Source of the DNA: Octopus vulgaris
Lineage: Eukaryota
Assembly: GCA_951406725.2 (NCBI GenBank)
Contig: OX597829.1
Coordinates: 27,900,001-27,964,000 of the forward strand
Length of the DNA stretch: 64,000 nucleotides
Reading direction: 5' to 3'
Positions 37,665 through 64,000 of this stretch are shown one piece after another. Each line of letters begins with the position of its first letter. Position 1 is the first letter of the stretch. The notes under the pieces are model-generated. The model was not told where the DNA came from. It made no database searches and saw only the letters and a list, made by a program, of their open reading frames with translations. Position numbers and translations under genes: made by a program.

Positions 37665-38220
37665 ATTTGAACAATTCTCCGTATCCTATCTAACCGAAGA
37701 TATATTTATATAGCCGATACGTTTATTTACACGAAATATGTCCGTCTTAGTATATATTTAAGACGATTAAATTAAGCTAGTAGTTAAGGGTTCTCTCCGT
37801 GCACATAGACACGAACGATCGAACGAAACCTTTTTTGAATTTTATCCATCTTTATTTTCGTTTGTCTTTCATATTGTCTTGATTTGTAATAAAGGCTTTC
37901 TCCATAATATACGATTTTAACTTCAAAAATAATCGCTTTTGTATTTTGGTGCTTTTTTTTTTAAATATATATATTTACCATTCCTTAATGTAGAATGAAT
38001 TACATATGTCGACGATTGAGTTAAGATCCTCGCTTTTCAATGTAGGTTTAATGTCCTATTGTATTATAGATATTACTTACACATCGTGTGTAACGTTTGT
38101 ATCGAGAATATACTTATCCTTTAATTAATGCTGTGTCTTCTTAATTTGAGCAAATCGCATCACATTTTAAAAAGAGGAAAAATTTTTATGTAGATGAAAT
38201 CGTCTTTTGTGTAATTTCAG

Positions 38221-55031
<16,811 letters not shown>

Positions 55032-56112
55032 TACAATATAATTTCATCTTTATTACCACCACCGTCATCATCATCATCATCATCATTGAAAAGAACAATA
55101 CAAAATTTTTAAAAAAATCTCTTTTTTAATTCATGACAAAAAAGATTAGCTAAGGATTGAATTTATTAGTTTATTTACATAGACTGTATGTGCTTAAAAA
55201 AGATGTGTAGGACTTTGTGGACATGTTTGTGAAATGACTATTTAAAAATAACTCCATTCTGTTTAACAAAGCAATTTCTTTTTAAAGTAAATTTTCAAAT
55301 CTGTCTGCTTCTAAAAACTGCTGGCATAATGAAAATATGGGAAGACATAAAATTATCAAGAACTTCCAAATTAAATTCCTCATTCATATAATGAGTCATG
55401 ATTAGTTATTAATCAAAGGTGTTTTTTTAATATATTTTGGGAATTCAATTTTTTTTTGACACCAGTTTGTAGATTGTACCTTAAGATGCAATTTCTTGGT
55501 TTTATGTCTGTTACTAATTTAAATTACAAATAACCTGAGAACTGTTTGATTTTATTATTCTGTTCAAAGTATTTTCAATTTTGCATAGACATTGCTTGAT
55601 ATTCTGTTAATTTCATAGTTATGACTTTGAACTATTGATTGCCTCAAAAATGATATGCCATTGAAAAAAAAAACACATTTTGTTTAGTACACATCTAGAG
55701 TATTAGTATTTTGTATTCATTCACTGGTTCTACCTGTGTTGTTTGACAAAGCTTTTGCTAAGTTTTTTCTTTGTTATGAATTAATTTAGCGAATAATTAG
55801 TTTTAATGAAAAAACATTGACTTCAAAGGACTGGCAAAATACTTCTATCTGAGACAGTCATTTTTACTTAAATATATCTACTCACAGCCCACCCGAATTA
55901 CTGGTATACTGACACTTTCAACATCATCATGGATACATTCCCTCCCCCTTTAATTCTATACACTGAAGAAGTTCTGTAGAATTACTGTAAAATTGTAATC
56001 AACAATTTTCATGTTTCATAAAGTATTGAAAATGCTGAAGCTTTGTGTGGGTTGTTTTTCTTGCAGATCTAGTTTCTCTCTACCTCTCTCTATCTCTCTC
56101 TCTCTCTCTCTC

Positions 56113-56161
<49 letters not shown>

Positions 56162-57557
56162 CTATCTCACACACTCACTCACAATACAAGAAATGAGATT
56201 TATCAATAATAGTGTATTATTCAAAATAGTGTGTGTGTGTGTGCATATGCATGCTACACACACTCACTCTTTGTCTCTCACTCTCATAATTTCTAAATCA
56301 ACTTGTCATGTAAAGAGACAATGTCATTTTCTCAAAATGAAATACTTTTGATGTTTGTTTTAACACATTTAGACTGAGCTAGGTACATTAATTGTTTGAT
56401 TTACTTTAGCTGACTCTGTAGAACACTATTCCCTCTTTAGGTCAGAGGCAGAGCACGCATACCCTCCTCCTCCGATCCAGTGAGTAAATCATGCCATTGG
56501 ACATATGGGAGCTGCTCTAAGTGTACTCTTGGATTTTTAAAATCCTGTTTTATGAACATTTGGATGCAAGCATGGCCATGTTAAGTTTTCTGCAAACCAT
56601 ATGGTTTCAGGTACCATCTCACTGCATGGTACTTTGAGCAAGGGCATTCTATTTTAGCTCTGCTCTAACCAAAGCCCTCTGAGTGAATTTGGTAGGTGGA
56701 AACTGAAAGAAGCCAATTTTGTGTGTGTGTATATATAATTAGGTTAGATACAAAGTCCTGTTGCCTTTTGAACAAGTAAAGGAAGAACATGTTTTTTTGG
56801 TTGTAATGGATATATTTAATCAAGGTAATAACTTGCCTCATTTTTAGTAACAATCTTGTCTGGCTAATAAGTTGTTTATCCTTCTAGCATAAAAATCGTC
56901 AGTTTCTATTTTTGCTTCTCAAGTTGTGAAATTCTTTTACATTTAAATAGTGTTTCAATAGTTTGAAAAGATAATCAGGTGAATAAGGAAGATATGATCT
57001 AAACTTTCATATTAAGCTTCAGAATTTTGTTCTGCATAATTAAGGCAATAATTATGTCATGTAGGAGCAACACACATGATTAACCAATACTGGTAGCTTA
57101 TTCTGCAAATTTTGAAGCAATGACTCCAGTTGGTGACTACTTATCAGCATTGTCTTGCTGAATTTCGACACTTCATGGTAGACAATACCTTTCATGTCCC
57201 GTCCGTCCCACCGAACGCTAAGTATAACTTTTCTTGGTGTGGTTTGCCCCTTTTCATTGGGTGATAACCATTGTCATTTCCTTTGGATGTTATTGTAAAG
57301 CATTTTTTGTCACTGGTTATTTTATCCCCCAAAAAAGGTCCCTAGCAAGTCTATTTAATGATGCACATATGACAACTCTGAGTTGAGTAGCAGTCAAATT
57401 ATGTAGCACCCACTAGCCAAGCTTAGTTGTCTTTTCCAGTTTGTGCAGTTGCTTTACAATAGTCCTGTGACATGTATTGAACACTTTTACCACTTGTGCA
57501 GTTTGCTTGGGATTTTCTTCCACATTCCATAAAACCTTTAGATTGCGGGGATAAGTT

Positions 57558-57730
57558 TCATCATCATCGTTTAACGTCCGCTTTCCATGCTAGCATGGGT
57601 TGGACGATTTGACTGAGGGACTGGCGAACCAGATGGCTGCACCAGGCTCCAATCTTGATCTAGCAATGTTTCTACAGCTGGATACCCTTCATAACACCAA
57701 CCACTCCAAGAGTGTAGTGGGTGCTTTTAT
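57558..57730 (-). mobile_element. RTE-tail SINE/LINE 3' fragment (related plus-strand pieces at about 47450-47540, 49490-49665, 58150-58260)
   Basis: The reverse strand ends CCCATGCTAGCATGGAAAGCGGACGTTAAACGATGATGATG. Confidence 0.6.
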
Positions 57731-58507
57731 CAAAATTGTTTAAACCTTCGTTAGCATATTCGGACAGTTGGTGCTTCATTTTTATGGGCAGAACCAATAT
57801 TTCTTACATCTTTTGCTGAGGAACTCTCTTTATATTCATACATCTTATGTGTCTGATCAGCACTCCTTCTAGAGGGCTCAAATTACAGAAATACTAAACA
57901 ATTTAGTATCGAATTAGTTTGAAAGAAGCAAGAAAATGAAAAAGTTATATTGCATTCTGTATTGACAGTGTCTTCAAAGTTAATGTCTAAAATGCGGCAG
58001 AACTTGTTATCCAACTCTGTGTGTGTATATGTTTTTGTTTGTTTTGACATTTGATGGTTGTAAATGAGTGCCACTGTATTTCTAACGTTCTGCAAAAACC
58101 CTGTCTGACCATGGAGAAATATATATATATATATATATATATATATCTTAGTTGGAAACTAGTGAAGGCTAGTGACAAGAAGGGTGTCTATTAGGAGAAA
58201 ATCTGCCTCAATAAGTTCCATCTTGTCTATACAAATATATAGAAGTGGATGTTAAATGATCAGTGTCAGTTATGTATTTCTCCTTGTCCTGATCTCGTTT
58301 GTTTTTTTTTTTCTGACGGCTAGAGTGACTTCAAATAATAACTGAAGCAGAATGAATATCACAATTCGAATGCAATGGTTGTAGCTTCTGTGTACTGATT
58401 TGTATTTTTCTCTCGCACAGAAAATGTTATAACTGTCTACCCTTATTTTTTACTTGTTTCAGTCATTGCTCAGCCACCACCTTAAAGAATGTTAGTCAAA
58501 TGAATCA

Positions 58508-58860
58508 CTTTTACTTGCTTCAGTCATTTTTAACTGCAGCCATGCTGGGGCACTGCCTTTAGTCGATCAAATTGATCCCAGGACTTATTCTTTGTAAGCC
58601 TAGTACTTATTCTATCGATCTCTTTTGTCGAACCGCTAAGTTACAGGGACGTAAACACACCAGCATCGGTTGTCAAGTGATGTTGGGTGGGGACAAACAT
58701 ACACACAGATACACATATATACGACGGGCTTCTTTCAGTTTCCGTCTACCAAATCCACTCACAAGTTTTTGGTCGGCCCGAGGCTATAGTAGAAGATATT
58801 TGCCTAAGATGACACAGCAAAACTGAACCCAGAACTATGTGGCTGGGAAGCAGGCTTCTT
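58508..58860 (-). mobile_element. SINE family A
   Basis: Colinear consensus match. Confidence 0.85.
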
Positions 58861-59328
58861 TTATTCATTATATTGGCCATAAAGGCCTTACATAGAAGGG
58901 AAGCTACGGGCTGGACATAGACTCAGCCATACTGAGTTTTGCTTCTTTGATTATGTTATAGGGTGCAGCTAGTAAAAAAAAAAATGTTTCTCCACATTTC
59001 AACAGCCAATGCATGGTGTGTACTGTTTCTAGCCATGATAGTAACTGCAAATACAAAACAGTAGACCATTAGCTACATGGTAACACTATTACCACCTGCC
59101 TAACATTACTAGCTAGTGTGTGTGTTATATAAATAATTGAAACACAAGGTAGAGGTTTTATGCAGTACCCAGTATAAGACACAAAGAGCTGTACAGAGGA
59201 ATTGAACCTTAGAGCTGCATGGTTTTACAGGGAACTTATCCGCAATACTATGTTATATAGCAACAATAGAAGAGTGAGATTTGAAGCTAACTCTTGTATG
59301 ATATTAAGCCTTTTCCTTGTTACCAATT

Positions 59329-59621
59329 GGAGGTGCAATGGCCCAGTGGTTAGGGCAACAAACTCGCGATTTCAATTCCTAGACTGGGTGTTGTGTGTGT
59401 TTATTGAGTGAAAACACCTAAAGCTCCACGAGGCTCCGGCAGGGGGTGGTAGCGACCCCTGTTGTACTCTTTCGCCACAACTTTCTCTCACTCTCTCTTC
59501 CTGTTTCTTGAGTAACGTTGCAATGGACTGGCATCCTTTCCAGCTGGGGGGAACACATACGTCACAGAAACCGGGAAACCAGGCCCATGAGCCTGGCTAG
59601 GCTTGAAAAGGGCGCATAAAT
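59329..59621 (+). mobile_element. SINE family C (tRNA-like head, V/Meta-domain-like core)
   Basis: A box TGGCCCAGTGG, and core GCAATGGACTGGCATCCTTTCCAGC...GAAACCGGGAAACC. Confidence 0.65.
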
Positions 59622-60363
59622 AGTTGTTACCAATTTGCCCAAGACTGCTCTTGGCTCTATGATGAAAACTTAAAATTTATTCATTCAAATCTTCCAAAAT
59701 GCTTTGTGGCATTTCATCCATCTTTACATTCTGAGTTCAAATTCCTCCTAATTTGACTTCACCTTTCATCTCTTTTGGGGTTGATGAAATTAGTACCAGT
59801 TAATCAACTTATACCCTCTCCCAAAATTGTTAACCTTGTGCCAAAATGTGGAACCAATATTTCTGTTGAAATGCATTTCCTTTGATCCAATTTATTTTGG
59901 AAATAATGGATTTAATATATTCTGTTGTGTCTGGGGAGAGTCATTTTCTTTTTGTGCCTTATAATTTAACACTTATTTCTTATTTTCCTAAAATGTTCGT
60001 TGCGTCTTGCAACCTTTTCAATAGGTCTTTGTCAAGACTTGAAAAGGTTACATAAATTGACATGGAGCTTTGGTGGATTTTAATTTAAAGTACTTTAACC
60101 CTTTAGCATTTAGATATGTCCATTCAAATGTAATGCTTATTTATTCATACTATTTTAAATTAATCATGCATCATCTTATAACTTCAAGCTATATTAGACA
60201 TTTGCCCAAGGTGTCACACAATGGGACTGAACCTGGAACCATGTGGTTGGGAAGTAAGCTTCTTACCACACATCCACACCTAAGCCTATGTTTGCGAACA
60301 TTTCTGATTTCCTTTTCTGACACATGGAGATCTTTTGCAATTGACTTCATAGATTTTCAGGGA

Positions 60364-60700
60364 TAGCTGTAAGTAGGTACCACAGTGTGGTATAGTTCAC
60401 TATACTCTGTCCATAACCAACACAGTTAACTGTCAACAGCCCAGTCTACCTAGCTGTAAGTAGGTACCACAGTGTGGTATAGTTCACTGTACTGTGTCCA
60501 TGACCAATGCACTCAACTGTCAACCACCCAGTCTACCTAGCTGTAAGTAGGTACCACTGTGCAATATAGTTTCCTGTACTGTGTCTGTGAACAACATGCT
60601 TAACTGTCCACAATCCAGTCTACCACGCTGTAAGTAGGTACTACAGTGTACTGTGTCCATGACCAACACACTTCACTATCAGTCCAATCTACCTAGCTGT
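60364..60700. repeat. 87-bp tandem repeat, about 4 copies
   Basis: Units containing GCTGTAAGTAGGTAC start at 60364, 60451, 60538 and 60625. Confidence 0.92.
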
Positions 60701-61011
60701 ATGTAAATAAGTTTATATAGTCACTAAAAGTCACCACATTGTGCCTATTACTATGATACTAAAATCTAGTTCATTTGTCTCTAAAATAATTAGCCATAAA
60801 ATGGCATTAATTACCATACTGTCTCTCCATGCAATTCCAGTTGCAAGGTACAACAGACTCCTTTGTGCCAGAGATATTTGCTTGTATATTTTCCATCTGA
60901 TTTGAAACTTAACCTTCTATTCCTCCTGATATGAATCACCCATCAAGTGTTGGTGTCTACTTAATTGATTATGGCCTGTCTAATTGTCTCTGACAGAAAC
61001 AGTCGCCTCAT

Positions 61012-61776
61012 AAGGCAGTGAGCTGGCAGAATCATTAGCACACCAGGCAAAATGCTTAGCGGTATTTCATCTGCTGTTACGTTCTAAGTTCATCCTTTCA
61101 GAGTGGATTAAATAAGTACCAGTTATGCACTGGGGTCGATATAATCGACTTAATCTGTTTGTCCTTGTTTGTCCCCTCTGTGTGTAGTCTCTTGTGGGCA
61201 GTAAAGAAATAAGAAACTATTGCCTCATCAACATCACTATCATCATCACTTTCACTACTATCACAACCTGTACTCTTCCTCTAATGCTACTACCACTGAC
61301 ATTACTGCTGCTGCTGCTACTACTACTTATTGTTATTATTATTATTATGAAGGTGGTAGCTGGCAGAATTGTTAGTGTGCTGGACGAAATGCTTAGTGGT
61401 ATTTCACCTGTCGCTACATTCTGAGTTCAAATTCCGCCAAGGTTGACTTTGCCTTTCATCCTTTCGGGGTTGATAAATTAAGTACCAGTGAAACATTGGG
61501 GTTGATATAATCAACTAGTCCCCACCCCACAAGTTTGAGGCCTTGTGCCTTCAGTAGAAAGGATTATTATTATTATGAAGGTGGGTAGCTGGCAGAGTGG
61601 TTAGCATGCTGGAGGAAATGCTTGGTATATTTTGCCCATTGCTCCTTTCTGAGTATAAATTCCTCTGAGGTTGACTTTGCTTTCATCCTTTCGGGGTCAA
61701 TAAATTGAGTACTAGAGAAACACTGGGGTCGATGTAATCGACTAGTCCCCTCCCCCAAATTCCAGAAAGGATTATT
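61012..61776 (+). mobile_element. Cluster of three SINE B copies with (ATT)n spacers
   Basis: Consensus heads at about 61012, 61349 and 61578. Confidence 0.8.
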
Positions 61777-62616
61777 ACGGCCAGGTTCAAACCCGGGCCA
61801 TAGCAACAAAGTCTACCTGCGACACTTCTCGGTCCATCATCACTGCCTTGAGGTCATGGATATTATTTCAGGCCAAAATGACAAACCACCACCATGGCTA
61901 CTTTTACTGTACCAACATCATTACCACTATTATTACTGCTACTACTACTAACACCAAATGACAATCAGTGGTGTTGGAGATCTGATTTATTCCGTGCAGA
62001 ATGAAGTAACATAAAACTTTAGATACCTACCTGCCTGAGACTGCTTTTGGCTCTATAACAAATTTCCTGTTTTAAAAGTGATCTTTGTAATAATTGCTTG
62101 TTTATTTTTTCCAAACACCAGCTTTATATAATGACAGTTATTTTACTAAATTCTTCCTTATTTCAAAAATAATTGAAACAAAGGCAGCATATTTCAACAG
62201 AAGCATTGTAATGAAAGGGTCAAACAACAAATGGAAATAGAATACAAAAGAATACATGTGTGGCTACTGTACAAAAATAAATGGCCTCTGTTTCTCAAAG
62301 CTGGCTGGTTTCATACCTCTTCTGCTCACTGGCTCACTCATCTCTCCACCTCTTTTCGCACTTGATATGTCTCACAAACCTGGCTTTGCTCTAATTGCTG
62401 TACTCAGTCCTTTCTCTCTAGAACATCAGTCTTTTGGAATCTTCCTGCGGGTGTTTATCTGCAACATTAGTGGCATCAAGCTAACTGTTTTCAGAGATCA
62501 GATCCTACAATGGCAGTTGGTGCTGCAACTTCCTCCAGACACCCAAGCTTAGAAGATATAAGGAATATTATCATCATTAACTTAATGTTTACTTATCCAT
62601 CCTTATACGAGTCAGA

Positions 62617-62933
62617 TGGATATATATGTGTATGTGTATATATATATATGTATGTGTATATATATATGTATGTATGTGTATGTATATATGTATGTATATA
62701 TGTATGTATGTATGTATGTGTATGTATATATGTATGTGTATGTATGTATGTATATATATATGTATGTATGTATATATATATATGTATGTATATATATATA
62801 TGTATGTATATATATATATGTATGTATATATATATATATATGTATGTATATATATATGTATGTATATATATATATGTATGTATATATATATGTATGTATA
62901 TATATATATATGTATGTATATATATATGTATGT

Positions 62934-62971
<38 letters not shown>

Positions 62972-62976
62972 GTATG

Positions 62977-63026
<50 letters not shown>

Positions 63027-63607
63027 TGTATATATGTATGTATATATATATGTATGTATGTGTATATATATATATATGTATGTATGTGTATATATATGTA
63101 TATGTATGTATATATATATATATGTATGTATGTATGTGTATATATATATATGTATGTATATGTATGTATATATATATATATGTATGTATATATGTGTATA
63201 TATATATGTGTATATGTATATATATGTGTATATGTGTATATGTATATGTGTATATGTATATATATGTGTATATGTATATGTGTATATGTATATATATATG
63301 TATATGTATATGTGTATATGTATATATATATGTGTATATATATGTATATGTGTATATGTATATATATATGTGTATATGTATATATATATATGTATATGTG
63401 TATATGTATATGTGTATATGTATATATATATGTGTATATGTATATATATATATGTGTATATGTATGTATATGTGTATGTGTATATGTATATATATATATG
63501 TATATATATATGTGTATATATATATGTATATATATATGTGTATATGTATATATATATGTATATATATATGTGTATATGTATATGATTGATTGATTGATTG
63601 ATTGATT
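62617..63607. repeat. ~1 kb compound (TA)/(TATG)/(TG) microsatellite plus (GATT)n
   Basis: Seen directly. It abuts the LINE 3' end. Confidence 0.98.
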
Positions 63608-64000
63608 CTAGTTTCAGCTTATGAGCTGTGGCCATGCTGGGGCACCGCCATTTGGTGTTGCTACTTGGTTTCACTTCATGGAGGCTTTCTAGCAACTGCT
63701 ATTTGGTGCATGAGAGAGTTCGATGCAGCTGCCCTCATCTGCCCCTCCTGCCGTGAAGTTGGTTCATCTGGGACACCTGACAGGAAGAGATCCAGCTTCA
63801 TTTTAAAGACATCTGTATCCACCCCATGCAGGTCTCTCAGGTTCTTCGGGAGGATATTGAAGAGCTGTAGGCCTCGGAAGCCCAGGCTATCACAGTATCT
63901 TGTCCTATATCTTGATGGCAGGTTTGGAGTCCTAGGCACCACGCAGTGGCGCCCAGTTCTGGCATTTGCGTAACTCTCGATGCCAAAGTTCAGGACACTT
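63608..64000 (-). mobile_element. 3' end of a CR1/L2-group LINE (ORF2 C-terminus plus short 3' UTR), continuing beyond the window
   Basis: SLGFRGLQLFNILPKNLRDLHGVDTDVFKMKLDLFL matches the N.LP...FK..LD C-terminal signature. The stop at 63676 is followed by a hairpin and an (AATC)n tail. Confidence 0.8.

Noticed and set aside
60364-60700. CRISPR-like repeat-spacer pattern
   Set aside because: The variable parts are homologous to each other, so this is a tandem repeat.
62510-63695. Four long ORFs of 319-368 aa
   Set aside because: They are translations of the TA/TG microsatellite (poly Y/I/M/C/V/H), which happens to lack stop codons.

Overview
AT-rich, microsatellite- and transposon-dense eukaryotic DNA. 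The SINE repertoire suggests a cephalopod, probably Octopus; this is an inference. The only clear host gene is a + strand KDM2 (KDM2A/B, FBXL11/10, JHDM1) histone H3K36 demethylase. I reconstructed 14 core GT-AG coding exons by hand between 38221 and 55031, with consistent phases, encoding JmjC, CXXC, PHD, F-box and LRR domains (about 1250-1300 aa). Its first coding exon is not settled; candidates are at 29888 and 37650. The long last intron holds two phase-0 exons that run into stop codons and could give isoforms lacking the F-box/LRR. The rest of the window is decayed mobile DNA: mariner and maT transposases; RTE, Tx1, HERO-like and CR1/L2-like LINE pieces; at least three tRNA-derived SINE families; Helitrons; and hAT, piggyBac and GG-ended MITEs with readable target-site duplications, several nested. 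There is also a 2.3 kb minisatellite with higher-order structure. Most ORFs in the supplied track are microsatellite or repeat artefacts. I found no convincing evidence of a wholly new biological system. The best leads are KDM2 isoform regulation and a SINE-LINE pair sharing a covarying 3' hairpin.
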